This document shows, one piece after another, positions 34,374 to 44,572 of a stretch of DNA of 44,572 nt (position 1 is the first letter of the stretch; each line of letters starts with the position of its first letter). The notes below the pieces were generated by a model. It was not told the origin of the DNA. It saw only the letters and a list, made by a program, of their open reading frames with translations, and did not search any database. Made by a program: the position numbers and the translations under genes. The DNA is from a virus (lineage: Duplodnaviria > Caudoviricetes). Location: IMG/VR virus record IMGVR_UViG_3300033487_000014, positions 1 to 44,572 of that record; one strand, 5' to 3'.

Positions 34374-37300
34374 TTACTTAACATATCGACTTCCGGAGGT
34401 GCTTGGAAACAGCTTCTCTGTAACCTTCGGACCGATAACTGGGGTCTGAGCCACTATTGAGAATGGAGGAACTTTCTTATAAGCCGACTTCAAAAAGGTT
34501 CTAAGGGCTGCGTGTTTTTTAGTAGCAGCACCGATATTACCAATCTCCTGCTTACCCGCCTGTATACCCTGAAACCCTAGCGTTCCTACATCTCCCAAAG
34601 AAGGACCGGCAACCAACCCACCAATCGCTTCCCCTCCTGAACTGCTGTAAGTTAAGGCGTTAAAGAACGGTCCCAGTAGTGTTTGTCCCAGTCCATTCAT
34701 AATTGTACTCTTTAACGTCTCCTTCTTTCTTTGCTCCGGGCTCTTCAACAACAGACTGATTACACGAGCGGACGCCGTATTGATTCCAACCGTATAAATG
34801 ATGCTCTTTATAAGAGGAGAGAAGTTTCCGGTTTTTCTCCCGTGGTCGTACAACCTCCCGTACAACTGCATCTGTTCGTAGCCAAAACTCTTTAACTGCG
34901 TAGTAACCCGCCCTAGAGTAGAATTGCTCCAATCAGCAGGAACTTCTGAACGAGCTAACCCGAATTGAGTCTTTTTTCCGAAATTGTAAATTGCTTTAGA
35001 AGTTTCAAAAGGTGTCATATCCCCGCCCCGGGCTATCATATCGTCCAACTCGGAGGTCATAGGAACAGCAAATCTGTTTATCTCGTCGTATAAAGTATTA
35101 TAGGCTTTGGGAGACAGTTTCCCGGAAGCAAGTTTTTTAACACTGGTTCTAATCCAATCCAGTGAGGAGTAGGCTGCAACCTTCCTGATAGCTGTATCAA
35201 AAGCAGGAGTACCTGAAATTTTTAACTTTACCCCCGCAATCTTCTCTATAGCATTAACAATAGTCGAACCGCCACTTCCGTACTCAGACCGTAAAATATC
35301 ATCCAACCCTCCGTTTAACGCAATCCCCGCATTTTCTACGAGTGCCTTATCCCCTGCGGGAATCTTATTAAGTCCCAATTTGTCCAAAAAGGTTTTAATA
35401 ATAACTCCGGTTGTCCTGCCCTCCCCGGCAATTCCAGCTACCTGACCAAGCGTAGACGGCTGTTGGATGGCAACCGACGGACCAATCTTCCATCCCCCGT
35501 ACGCACGGGCGACCTTCCCAAATCCCTGTATAAGCTCGTTTTCTTTAGGAGCACCTTCCACAGAGTTCATAAAGTTTCTCTTGAGATTATCAACCTCTTC
35601 CTTCATAACCCCGCCCTTTAACATATTCTGAAATTCCGCCGCCAAATTAGAATGTTCCCCATTTCTCAAATTGCCAAACACTCTCATAGCAGCAATTCTC
35701 CTCCACGAGTTTTTAGACCAAGCAGCAGCAATTTTCTTTAAGTCGGTCTCATAACCAAACTTTACAAGGTCATCGAAAGTTTTGGGAAAGAACGACCTGG
35801 CGTGCTCAAAACTTGCCGGTCTTGTACCTAACGGAGGGGCTTTTCTACCTCCTATAACACTCTCTATAATCTTAGCGGCTTCATCAGCAGTATTACCTTC
35901 TGCCACTAATCTTTCCATCATCGACTTAGACCACTTAGTTTTATCCCTAATAATTGCCGGTAAAAACATCCTAGCAGGACCAATTACCTTGCCATCCGGT
36001 GCTAGACCAAACCTCTTCGCCTCTAAAGATGTAGGAAGTGTTACCAATTTAAAAAACGTCTCGGCTATTTTCTTCTCCCCTGGACTTATGGGAGCGTGCG
36101 GAACGTGGTTATACTCATCCAAAACATACTGTACGACATTTTTATAACTACCAGCCATCGGAAGTTTTGTACCCGCAGTCTCAGACTCAAAATTCTTTAC
36201 AGCCCGGTTAAAAGCATTATAGGAAGTGTTCGCAAGAGTGTGAGCCTGATTTTCAAACTCATCCAGCATAGAGGCTACTTTTTTACCCGGATTGCCAAAT
36301 CTAGCAAGCGTAGTTTTCAGTCCCACATATTTATTCTGACCCGGCAACAACTTTGTTTTAATAGGTTCTGCAGCTTCTATAGCAGGAGGTTTGGCTCCTA
36401 TTCCTGTACCTTTACCACCACCAGGAGGTACAATCAATCCCTCTTTATTTACAACCTCTCCCTCAATAGCCGATTCCGTGGTAATTAACTCCCCCCTCCC
36501 CGGTACTTCGGGAATATTATCCTGTCCAGGAACAATGGAATTAACTGTTTTCTGTTTTACAAAAGTAAGAGAACCATCTGGATTAATTATTGGGTTGTTG
36601 TAGTCTAGTCCAGCAGCTCTTATATCGCTTCTGGTAATGTTGCCCCTTTTAGTAAATATGACGGTGCTATTAAATTGCTTTGGGTCTTTAATAGTTATTG
36701 ATTTAATGCTGTTCTTTCCATACATACCAGAAGCAATAAGCTCGTCAGTTTTTCCTTGGCTTTCTAAAAATCCCGCAGACGGTTTCTTTACTGGTGGTGG
36801 TTTTACCATTACTTTACTAGAATCATAAGTTATAATTACACCCTTTCCTCCTTGACCTACCGCAAGTTCGGGAGTATTAGATACATACAATGGTTTTCCT
36901 GGCACCTCTCCCCCAAACTGAATGATATCACTTGCATTAGCAGCAGATGTTTCGTGATATAGTTCTGGACCATATACACTGCCGTTATGAAAACGCTTAG
37001 ATTGATTAGAAAATATATCGGTATTAACTGATGATTCTAGCCTTTTCTTAGGAGCAGTTATTTCCCGCACATTTCCCGCAGGTAATTCTTTCGGAGTTTC
37101 AGGAGCAATAGTTGGCGTAGTTTCAGTTGTAATTTCAGGAGCCTTGCCTTTTAGTTTTCCGAACATTTTACCTCCTAAATGCCCCGCACCGGCAGTACCC
37201 ATACCAAATATCGTACCTTGAGCAAGAGCTTCAGGAGTAACTTTCTCCTCTGCTGATGCAGCAGCCATCCCACCAAAACCACCCATTAAAAGTTTCCGAG

Positions 37301-37835
37301 TAAGAGGAGCCCCTTTACCCGCACCAGCAAGCAAAGATAACACATCACCAGCCATACGCTGTCCTTGCCTAATGACACCAGTTGGAACCGTCTCCCTACT
37401 GCGTAATGCAGCCATATCTTCGGGAGTCATAAAAGGGTTTTCATTAGCTTGAAAGGAACGCAAAGCCTCTGCATCCCCCGCAGCAGCCTTACCCGCCTGT
37501 CCTAATCCATAACCAGCACCAAATAAAAAACGAGCGGGTCTCTCAGCACTTCTTAAAATACCGCCGGGTAAAGAACCAATCAGGTCGGAAGCCCAACCCT
37601 TTCCTAAATACTTATTAGCAATTTCCTTGCCTTTTTTCATTACACCAGCAGAAACGGGGTTTCTAATCTCTTCTTTTCTCTGTTCCTCTAACGCAGCAAT
37701 AGTTTCTTTGGACTTACGCATAGCCTCAGTTTCCCCGGGAGACGTGGTCTTTTTAACCGCTTGCGTAACGGGTTTCTTAACAACCGGCAAAGTTGATTTA
37801 TATTTCCCTGTAGCAATATCTGTATATTTACTCAC
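34374..37835 (-). CDS. Large internal virion/ejection protein with ART-like insert
   Basis: Gly/Ala-rich hydrophobic segments, helical C-terminus with TQLKSF; LYHETS...LYVS...DEL insert. Confidence 0.65.
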   Translation of the reverse strand: MSKYTDIATGKYKSTLPVVKKPVTQAVKKTTSPGETEAMRKSKETIAALEEQRKEEIRNPVSAGVMKKGKEIANKYLGKGWASDLIGSLPGGILRSAERPARFLFGAGYGLGQAGKAAAGDAEALRSFQANENPFMTPEDMAALRSRETVPTGVIRQGQRMAGDVLSLLAGAGKGAPLTRKLLMGGFGGMAAASAEEKVTPEALAQGTIFGMGTAGAGHLGGKMFGKLKGKAPEITTETTPTIAPETPKELPAGNVREITAPKKRLESSVNTDIFSNQSKRFHNGSVYGPELYHETSAANASDIIQFGGEVPGKPLYVSNTPELAVGQGGKGVIITYDSSKVMVKPPPVKKPSAGFLESQGKTDELIASGMYGKNSIKSITIKDPKQFNSTVIFTKRGNITRSDIRAAGLDYNNPIINPDGSLTFVKQKTVNSIVPGQDNIPEVPGRGELITTESAIEGEVVNKEGLIVPPGGGKGTGIGAKPPAIEAAEPIKTKLLPGQNKYVGLKTTLARFGNPGKKVASMLDEFENQAHTLANTSYNAFNRAVKNFESETAGTKLPMAGSYKNVVQYVLDEYNHVPHAPISPGEKKIAETFFKLVTLPTSLEAKRFGLAPDGKVIGPARMFLPAIIRDKTKWSKSMMERLVAEGNTADEAAKIIESVIGGRKAPPLGTRPASFEHARSFFPKTFDDLVKFGYETDLKKIAAAWSKNSWRRIAAMRVFGNLRNGEHSNLAAEFQNMLKGGVMKEEVDNLKRNFMNSVEGAPKENELIQGFGKVARAYGGWKIGPSVAIQQPSTLGQVAGIAGEGRTTGVIIKTFLDKLGLNKIPAGDKALVENAGIALNGGLDDILRSEYGSGGSTIVNAIEKIAGVKLKISGTPAFDTAIRKVAAYSSLDWIRTSVKKLASGKLSPKAYNTLYDEINRFAVPMTSELDDMIARGGDMTPFETSKAIYNFGKKTQFGLARSEVPADWSNSTLGRVTTQLKSFGYEQMQLYGRLYDHGRKTGNFSPLIKSIIYTVGINTASARVISLLLKSPEQRKKETLKSTIMNGLGQTLLGPFFNALTYSSSGGEAIGGLVAGPSLGDVGTLGFQGIQAGKQEIGNIGAATKKHAALRTFLKSAYKKVPPFSIVAQTPVIGPKVTEKLFPSTSGSRYVK

Positions 37836-37965
37836 GTCTGCTCCTTAATTTCCTTTTCTTTTTTCTCTTACTTCTAAGAGAACCGTGCTCACGAGTCCAT
37901 CTCCGGGCAATATCCGGATGATGTACCCACATATATCCTTCTTGTTTTTCTGATACAAACGGCAT
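37828..37965 (-). CDS. Small basic virion-region protein (45 aa)
   Basis: MPFVSEKQEGYMWVHHPDIARRW..., the common MPFxSxKQ phage pattern; fills the gap exactly. Confidence 0.75.
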   Translation of the reverse strand: MPFVSEKQEGYMWVHHPDIARRWTREHGSLRSKRKKKRKLRSRRE

Positions 37966-37966
37966 T

Positions 37967-40954
37967 TTAAATCCTTAGAAAACTTCTTAACCCACTGACC
38001 GCTCCTGAAACCTTTTTCTTAGCCTTCTCATAAACATTAGTGGCAGCCTTTTTGACCGAGCTGACAATATTACCAGCGACCTTGCCCGCTCCCGTAGCTG
38101 CTTTCTGAACTGTGGAAGCAATCTTCGGAGCGTTCTTTATAGCCGTACCTACTGGATTGGAGATAGCTGAAGCTACTTTAAACACCGGGCTACTTGTTAC
38201 TTTCTTAACCGTTTCACCAGCCTTCTTTGTTTCTTTCTTAACACCACTAGAAACATTACCTGCGGCACTTCTCAAAACATTTCCTACATTAGTCATACCT
38301 TGATTTACAGCAGTACCAACCTGAGAAACCACACTGGGCTTTCCAGCCTGACTTCTAAGGCTAACCGGAGTAGGAGTAGGTGTTGGCTGACTGCCCATAC
38401 TTCTAAGACCTGCCGCACTAGCCACCAAGTTTTGTTTTTCGGCTGTAGGAGTAGTTATAGTATGAGTTTTAGCTCGCTCCAATACCTTATTTGCGTAGTC
38501 TTTACCATTGTTTGCACTGGTTCTAGCACCAGTTTCTCCGGCATTATAAGACCTCAAAGCATCAAACTCTGAACCGGCTGACTTTTGAAGCCTTGCAAAT
38601 TCCTTAGCTGCCCACTCAATAGAAAAATCAGGGTCAAAAGCCTGTTCGTCTGTAATCTCCGGATGCCACGTTTTGTCTATAGCAGCAATACCCCTACCTG
38701 TCCCATCTGTGTGATAACCACTAACATATTTTGGGTCAAAATCCCAGGACTCTTGAGCTAACAAGGCAGCTAGAGTAGACGGGTTTATTCCATACTTATT
38801 AGCAGCCTCGACAATCTTACTAGAATATTCCTCCGGCACATTAGCAACAGAAGGAACCTCAGCAGCGTAAGCTGTACCTCCAAAAGGACTCATACTTCTA
38901 AGGTCGCTACCTATCTGAGGAGCATTTTCAACAATACTTCTTAGGGGACTGAGCGGACTGGTAAGATTTCCAACCCCCATAACAGTATTCAAAGGATTAC
39001 TTGTTATATAATTTCCGACATTAGTCGCCGCACCTGAAATCCAGTCAGCAGCTTTCTGAAAGAATCCCTTCTCCGGGTTAGCCTCCTGAATTGGAATACT
39101 CTCAACATTATGGACCTCCCCATTTGCGTCGGTATAGGAGTATTTCTGAATGTCCCCATTGGCGTCAAACGTAGCATTTATCATCCGCTTCTCGGGAGTC
39201 TCACCAATCACGTTACCTTTGTCATCGACCTCCTCACTAACAACTGTCTCCCAAACTACGGCTTCCTTAGAAAATTTCTTAGGGTCTGATAACGCCGCAA
39301 AATCTGTAGCCTTGACCTGTTCAGTCGTCAGTACCTTACCGTTTTTAGCACGATACTGGACCGGAACATAGGCATTACCGACCTTCTGATACTTAACATC
39401 AAAATATGATTTACCCGTTTTCGGGTCTTTTAACGCCTTATCCTCGTTTACAAAAGACGGGGAAACCTTGCCAGTATTGGAGTTCATTATAAGTTCCACA
39501 CCCTGCGGATTAGCAATATAAGCGTCAGACTGCTTAACCTCATTTGACAACCCCATACTCTTCTGCTGGTAGTCTATACCCCTAGTCTCGTCCCCATACG
39601 TGGTAAAAACCTGAGAAGCTGTATCAAATAAACCTTGTTTAGCATTAAGAAGTTTGGCATTTTCTACAATAAAATCTTCCTTTGGAACGTCGCCGTTAAG
39701 TACATCCTGATTCAGAGCATCAATAGCCAAATCAATCTTGTTCTGCTTATCCATAATAATCCTGTTTGCCACCGTCTTGTTGGTATCTTCAACCATCGTG
39801 GAGGCTTCGTCCACTGCAACCTCATAATCCTTACTCATCTGTTCCGCCTCCTGTTGATACTTAGTAGCAAGGTCAGCTTGTGTATTAGCCGTAGTAAAAT
39901 ACCTGCTCTTCTCATCCGCCGTCATAGAATCGTTATAAGCGTCGGTAGCAGCGTAGGATTTCTCCCAGGCAGCTTCCGCATCAGCTATCTTGTTGTTGAT
40001 AGCTTTCAATTTATTGTCCAAAGACTTTTCCCTGTTTTCTATCTTTTTAATATCGTCATCGGAATAATACTGAGTTAAATTATTCCAATCCATAGAGCTA
40101 ATATCGTCTAAGATACCTTGTTCCGGTGTAGCCGCCGCTCCAGGTGTAACGGTCCCATCCTGATTGACCTCTGGTGTACTTTCAGGAGCCGAAGTAGGCG
40201 TAGGAGTAGCGGCTGCAACGGATGGCGTAGCCTCGCTAGATACTACACCTGATTTAGCTTTGGAAGCCTCAGATTTAGTTTTATTTATTTTCTCCTGATA
40301 TTCAAATGCAACCTTAGCCTTCTGTGCGGATTCTTTATAATTGTTGGCTGTGGTCTGAAGGGTCATATACTGAGTATTGTCCCCGTCCTCTTTAGCCTGG
40401 TCAGCTAACTGCTGGTAAACATCAGCTTTCTGCTCCATTATTTTATAGTCATAATCGGGAGACTGGGAGAGTCTTAACATTTCCTGCTGTCTGTAGTTAG
40501 TTCTCTCTGCCTTACTTACTTTATCCTGAGCAACGGCAATCTTCTGAAGTTGCTGTTGGTAGGCTGTAGAATTGGCGTCCATCCCCGCAAGTTTAGACTG
40601 CTCCCACGCAAGCATAAAACTGTCATCAACCTTCTGCCCATTATAAAATCCTCCGGTCTTGTAGGCTGTCTGAATCTGCTCGTCCTGATAAGTGGTCTGC
40701 GTGTCGTTAATCTTTATTTTTAAGTTGGTCCTCTGAAGAGGAGTTAAGTTAGGTCTAAGGGTACGATTCTGTAATTCGTTCAGATAGGTCTGCGTAGAAA
40801 TAAGCCCGTTAGAGAAGTTCTCATCAACGACCTTATCCTCAGCCGCTTGGGTCCTTAGCTGTAGAGTTTTAGCATAAGAAGAAAGATGAGAAGTCGCACT
40901 TCCACGACCCTTCATAGAGCTATAGATTTGTTGCATCGACCTAATTTTTGCCAC
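37967..40954 (-). CDS. Internal virion protein with lytic transglycosylase (SLT/GH23) domain
   Basis: AANKYGINPSTLAALLAQES...GRGIA...FDP...ALRSYNAG; coiled-coil N-terminus. Confidence 0.8.
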   Translation of the reverse strand: MAKIRSMQQIYSSMKGRGSATSHLSSYAKTLQLRTQAAEDKVVDENFSNGLISTQTYLNELQNRTLRPNLTPLQRTNLKIKINDTQTTYQDEQIQTAYKTGGFYNGQKVDDSFMLAWEQSKLAGMDANSTAYQQQLQKIAVAQDKVSKAERTNYRQQEMLRLSQSPDYDYKIMEQKADVYQQLADQAKEDGDNTQYMTLQTTANNYKESAQKAKVAFEYQEKINKTKSEASKAKSGVVSSEATPSVAAATPTPTSAPESTPEVNQDGTVTPGAAATPEQGILDDISSMDWNNLTQYYSDDDIKKIENREKSLDNKLKAINNKIADAEAAWEKSYAATDAYNDSMTADEKSRYFTTANTQADLATKYQQEAEQMSKDYEVAVDEASTMVEDTNKTVANRIIMDKQNKIDLAIDALNQDVLNGDVPKEDFIVENAKLLNAKQGLFDTASQVFTTYGDETRGIDYQQKSMGLSNEVKQSDAYIANPQGVELIMNSNTGKVSPSFVNEDKALKDPKTGKSYFDVKYQKVGNAYVPVQYRAKNGKVLTTEQVKATDFAALSDPKKFSKEAVVWETVVSEEVDDKGNVIGETPEKRMINATFDANGDIQKYSYTDANGEVHNVESIPIQEANPEKGFFQKAADWISGAATNVGNYITSNPLNTVMGVGNLTSPLSPLRSIVENAPQIGSDLRSMSPFGGTAYAAEVPSVANVPEEYSSKIVEAANKYGINPSTLAALLAQESWDFDPKYVSGYHTDGTGRGIAAIDKTWHPEITDEQAFDPDFSIEWAAKEFARLQKSAGSEFDALRSYNAGETGARTSANNGKDYANKVLERAKTHTITTPTAEKQNLVASAAGLRSMGSQPTPTPTPVSLRSQAGKPSVVSQVGTAVNQGMTNVGNVLRSAAGNVSSGVKKETKKAGETVKKVTSSPVFKVASAISNPVGTAIKNAPKIASTVQKAATGAGKVAGNIVSSVKKAATNVYEKAKKKVSGAVSGLRSFLRI

Positions 40955-40956
40955 GC

Positions 40957-42870
40957 TTAGACCCCCCTTGCAGCGTTTCTATTTTGCTGTCTCTGCCTCA
41001 TAGCTCCACCGGCACTCTTAGCACCTGTGGCAGGGGAACCAGGAGAGCTGGAAATTCCACGACTTCTACCCTGATTCTGAAAGTTGTGCATCATAGGAGG
41101 AGGAGTTGTTCCACCGGCTGAGCCGGATGTTGAAGCCGGAGTTGAAACAGCCGCAGTAGCCGCAACAGTAGCCGCAATTTCCTGCTCGGTTTCCGCCATC
41201 TCCCTTGTAGCCTCGTCCTGCTTTTTAATCACTGAATCAGCAAGATTTTCATACTGACTTCTGATAGGAACCAGGTCCTCGTCCTTCCATTCCTTCTTGA
41301 GTTCTTTGACAATCCTGTTCGGGTCTTTAAATCCGGCTTGCTCTAAGAACATTCTAGTCGGAAGAACCTTCCTGTCAAACATAGTAGCCGCATCAACAAC
41401 CGCATCAGAACGGGATAGAGGCAGTGGATTATCCCAGTCAAAACTAACCTTTCTCGGTGCAGTTGCCCCGTCCTCGTACATACCGGGAGCAACCTCCTCG
41501 GAGATGGTGAAAATGTCTTTTGCATCCGGGAAGAAATCAATCCCGTATTCCTGAATCATTGTAAAAAGTTCCTGCAAAGTGTTATTCCAGGAACATCTTA
41601 AATCTGTAACCTCGTCAGCTACCGCTTGATACTGAATTGCTCCAACCCTGCCGGTGTAAGGTGCGGCTCCTGCGGATAACGCAATCTTCGGAAGTCCCAA
41701 ATTAAACAGGTGGTCCAGCATTGAATTTTTGTAGGACTCGGAAGGAAACGTGTTAATCGGGTGGGCTAACGGATAAAAGTCGGCATCGGGTCCATCAATG
41801 TAAATACCCTGCCCGGAACCAGGCTTTAAAGATTCCGCATCAAAGTCAGGCATATTTTTAATAACAAACTTCTCATTGGCTCCAATCCTTATAACGTCAG
41901 CCTCTTCTCCACTTCTGTCATTAAGCTCGATGTTAGCGTCAAAAAGAATATCAATAAAAGCCGAGGACCAGGGCTTTCCGGGGTTAGCCTCACCGTGAAC
42001 AAAAACCCAGGGCATCCTGCGGTAATCCGTAACCTGAAACTCCGCTATCTCTGCATCCTCACCAGTCCCAATTAAAACCACATTCGCAATTTTATAAATC
42101 GGGTTTCCCGAGGCGTCCTTGTCAAACGCTGCCCAAACCCAAGCGTCAGCAACCTTTGTTTTAGGAACCTTGCTAAGACCTGTAGGAGACAAAGTGTTTG
42201 CTGGACTAGAAAAAAGACCGAACTGGTCATTGTCGTGGGAGCCTATGCTGGAAGTAGGAGAACTTCTAGTCTCCTCTAATTTTACCTGCGGGTACTCCCG
42301 GCGGATTCTCTCATTAGACCATTCCTTAACATAAGCCAAAGCCGAAAAACTGGTGCCCTGCACATCGTCCCATAAGACATACATATTTTCCATCTGCTCG
42401 CAAAGGTACATTTTAATATCTCTGCCCCCGGCGTTATTGTCCTCAACCACACATTTGATAGCGGCATCCCCGTCCCTAAGTTGGGTCAGGGTACCTCTTT
42501 TAAAAATCACGTTATAAAATTTATTATCGTATAAAACCTTGTCTATAAACTTTTCTGCCGCCTCGGACCGCCCTAGCTCAATTTCGTTGGATTCGTCCTC
42601 GCCTTCTATTCTGTACCTAAAGGGATAATTGGTTACGGACTGGTAAAGTTTCTTAGCCATCTTTTTAACATAATTGAAAACGGGCATAATATGACCCTCA
42701 ACATCTTTTTGCTGAAGCCCGACAACATTGGTGTAGATTTCTTGTCTACCCTCAAACATATTTCTGCGTCTTTGATAAATAGGTTTACGCTCGTCTACGT
42801 CCGGTTGGATATCCTTTATCATCTGTAGAGCGAATTTTTTAATGGCTTCCTGTTGCTTTTTGTCCTCCAT
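40957..42870 (-). CDS. Portal protein
   Basis: 637 aa directly after terL; helical with low-complexity tail. Confidence 0.8.
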   Translation of the reverse strand: MEDKKQQEAIKKFALQMIKDIQPDVDERKPIYQRRRNMFEGRQEIYTNVVGLQQKDVEGHIMPVFNYVKKMAKKLYQSVTNYPFRYRIEGEDESNEIELGRSEAAEKFIDKVLYDNKFYNVIFKRGTLTQLRDGDAAIKCVVEDNNAGGRDIKMYLCEQMENMYVLWDDVQGTSFSALAYVKEWSNERIRREYPQVKLEETRSSPTSSIGSHDNDQFGLFSSPANTLSPTGLSKVPKTKVADAWVWAAFDKDASGNPIYKIANVVLIGTGEDAEIAEFQVTDYRRMPWVFVHGEANPGKPWSSAFIDILFDANIELNDRSGEEADVIRIGANEKFVIKNMPDFDAESLKPGSGQGIYIDGPDADFYPLAHPINTFPSESYKNSMLDHLFNLGLPKIALSAGAAPYTGRVGAIQYQAVADEVTDLRCSWNNTLQELFTMIQEYGIDFFPDAKDIFTISEEVAPGMYEDGATAPRKVSFDWDNPLPLSRSDAVVDAATMFDRKVLPTRMFLEQAGFKDPNRIVKELKKEWKDEDLVPIRSQYENLADSVIKKQDEATREMAETEQEIAATVAATAAVSTPASTSGSAGGTTPPPMMHNFQNQGRSRGISSSPGSPATGAKSAGGAMRQRQQNRNAARGV

Positions 42871-44482
42871 AATTTCTTAGCCTTCCTATCGTCTTAGAAA
42901 TATCTACGGGAATTGCAGACTTATGAGAAGTAGACGGTGTACGCTTCTCAATAAAATGCACTCCCATAGCGACTGTCATCAGCCTGTCTTGCACGAGCTT
43001 TTTGTCGTCCAGACGATAAACCTCTAACTGTTTTCTCAACGCCTTCATTTTACTACTGGCTTTTATGAAACCCCAACTTTCGACATTGTCAAACTTTCGA
43101 CCTTTGTTGTCGATTGTAACCCTGCGACCCCTGGATATGACTTCTTTTAGCGTACCTAAAGCCTCCGCCTTAGACTGAATCGGTGAGACTCCGGTTGGCG
43201 GAAAAGGGAATCCGTGCAAGTCCGATAACGCCTCCCCGACATTCTTGCCTCCCAAAGATTGAGCATCGTAAACATAATCACACTTCATCCCCCCATTTTT
43301 ATACAAATTATAATTGTAGCGTGTGATTTCGTACTGAGAAGAGATGGGAATTGTCTCGCCCATCCAAGCCTTATGAAAAACAATCCGGTAAGGAAGCCTG
43401 AAAATCTTTCCGTCCGGACCCGTAACTTTCATATTGTACCGAATACACGTAAGAGAAGTTTCGTCTTTGGTGGCTGCGTAGTCCCCGATAAAAACATAGT
43501 ATCCGTCCCGCTCCGGTGCCTCACTGATACCCGTCTCCTCGTCCCAGGGCATTGTGTCAATAAACATATTGGCAACCTCGTCGTAAGAGAAGTAGTGTTG
43601 GGCATAATCCACATATTCGCCGTAAATAATCTGCTTTCTAAGCTCCGGGTCAGCTACATTTTCGATTTTCTGAATGTAAAGCGGGTCCAGGTAAGGATTC
43701 TCATAAACCGAGCCCTGCTGGAAGTAGTAATCGGAGTGGGTACCGGTTTCTTCCTCCTCCTGCATATCCGTTTTAGCCCTTGCCGCCAGTTCCTCGTACT
43801 CTATACCCTGCGGTTGAGAGGTTCCCACAAGGTCTATGGTACCCTGAAAGAATTGCAGTCTAGGTAGGAGAGTGCCAGAAACCAAAAGGTTAAGCTCGGG
43901 AATATCCCCAACCTCGTCCCCGGAGATGAACGGAAGCCTTTTTCTCTTAAAGGCAGACCCCAAATCGTCGTAGGAACGGATAAGAATACGCCCGGTATCG
44001 TTGTAAAAGATGATTTCGGGGGGTTTATTCGCTGTGTCTATGACCCTTTTTAACGCCCATCCCTCCAACCTGGACTTATTGACGACTCCGTTGGTCAAAA
44101 GAAACGAAGATTCGGCTATATCCTCTGAAGTTTCCAAAACTCCCCTGGAAATCTCGTAAGTTTTACCAAAATTGAGGGTTTCGTAGCGGACCTGACGCCA
44201 GGTTTTTGCATCCCGTACCCGCCCGTAAATTTTGGGTCTAACCATCCCGTGATAGAGGTGTTTTACCGACTCAATAAGCGTTTTTCCCCATTGGTTTGCA
44301 GGTTTTAAGATGTTTATAACCCGATTTGAGTTTGTAACCCATTTATGCTGACCGGGATGGCGAGGAACGTCAATTCCTAAGAAGTTCTTAGCAAAAACAG
44401 CAATAGCGTCGGGATTATCGGGCTGAATATCCCTAAAAAGCTGTAAGGCGTCTTTAATCTTCTTGTAATCGGCTTTGCTCAA
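42839..44482 (-). CDS. terL: Terminase large subunit
   Basis: Walker A ANQWGKT, Walker B ISGDE, ENPYL, nuclease IGDYA...D and QDRLM. Confidence 0.92.
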   Translation of the reverse strand: MSKADYKKIKDALQLFRDIQPDNPDAIAVFAKNFLGIDVPRHPGQHKWVTNSNRVINILKPANQWGKTLIESVKHLYHGMVRPKIYGRVRDAKTWRQVRYETLNFGKTYEISRGVLETSEDIAESSFLLTNGVVNKSRLEGWALKRVIDTANKPPEIIFYNDTGRILIRSYDDLGSAFKRKRLPFISGDEVGDIPELNLLVSGTLLPRLQFFQGTIDLVGTSQPQGIEYEELAARAKTDMQEEEETGTHSDYYFQQGSVYENPYLDPLYIQKIENVADPELRKQIIYGEYVDYAQHYFSYDEVANMFIDTMPWDEETGISEAPERDGYYVFIGDYAATKDETSLTCIRYNMKVTGPDGKIFRLPYRIVFHKAWMGETIPISSQYEITRYNYNLYKNGGMKCDYVYDAQSLGGKNVGEALSDLHGFPFPPTGVSPIQSKAEALGTLKEVISRGRRVTIDNKGRKFDNVESWGFIKASSKMKALRKQLEVYRLDDKKLVQDRLMTVAMGVHFIEKRTPSTSHKSAIPVDISKTIGRLRNYGGQKATGSH

Positions 44483-44572
44483 GGACTTCTCCTAGTTCTT
44501 TGACCCCAATTATCGTAGATTTACCACAATGGGGGCATTGTATGGAGGGAATAAAACCCCCAAAAAGCGAGT
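44094..44572. repeat. Terminal direct repeat, right copy
   Basis: Matches 1-479. Confidence 0.95.
44454..44572 (-). CDS. 3' end of putative terS (duplicate, partial)
   Basis: Identical to 361-479. Confidence 0.7.
   Translation of the reverse strand, partial: SLFGGFIPSIQCPHCGKSTIIGVKELGEVLEQSRLQED

Noticed and set aside
34374-40954. Tape measure protein
   Set aside because: No tail tube, tail chaperone or baseplate context and no Trp/Phe periodicity; ejection proteins fit better.
15977-43867. Plus-strand ORFs in the late arm (e.g. 24474-25139, 43259-43867) and minus-strand ORFs such as 4036-4539
   Set aside because: Antisense shadows of well-supported genes, without recognisable motifs.
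1-44572. Stop-codon reassignment
   Set aside because: Standard code gives dense, full-length genes; TAA, TAG and TGA all end plausible genes.

Overview
Essentially complete ~44.1 kb circularly permuted dsDNA tailed-phage genome. Positions 1-479 repeat 44094-44572, but only the last 126 bp are identical. The architecture is podovirus-like: no tape measure, tail tube or sheath is recognisable. A control region (877-1688) separates two arms. The rightward arm (1689-11964) carries ArdC-like, DUF2958, HTH, SSB-like, nuclease and resolvase genes plus an inverted GC-rich metallophosphoesterase. The leftward arm runs terS, terL, portal, two large ejection-type proteins (SLT and ART-like domains), scaffold, major capsid, a cassette of 4 glycosyltransferase and 4 methyltransferase genes interleaved with a 166-aa structural gene and a 27-repeat Ser/Thr-rich 1504-aa protein, then tail and lysis (GH25) genes. 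No polymerase, primase, helicase, initiator or integrase is recognisable. Best candidates for new biology: (1) a virion glycosylation/methylation system with apparent targeting modules (a shared domain in three genes, and a small protein copying the fibre repeat); (2) a bipartite antisense sRNA matching the ribosome-binding site of the first early gene; (3) an 'LRS' motif concentrated in predicted encapsidated proteins; (4) an interleaved-stem (pseudoknot-like) intergenic element. All family assignments come from motif recognition by eye; no searches were run.
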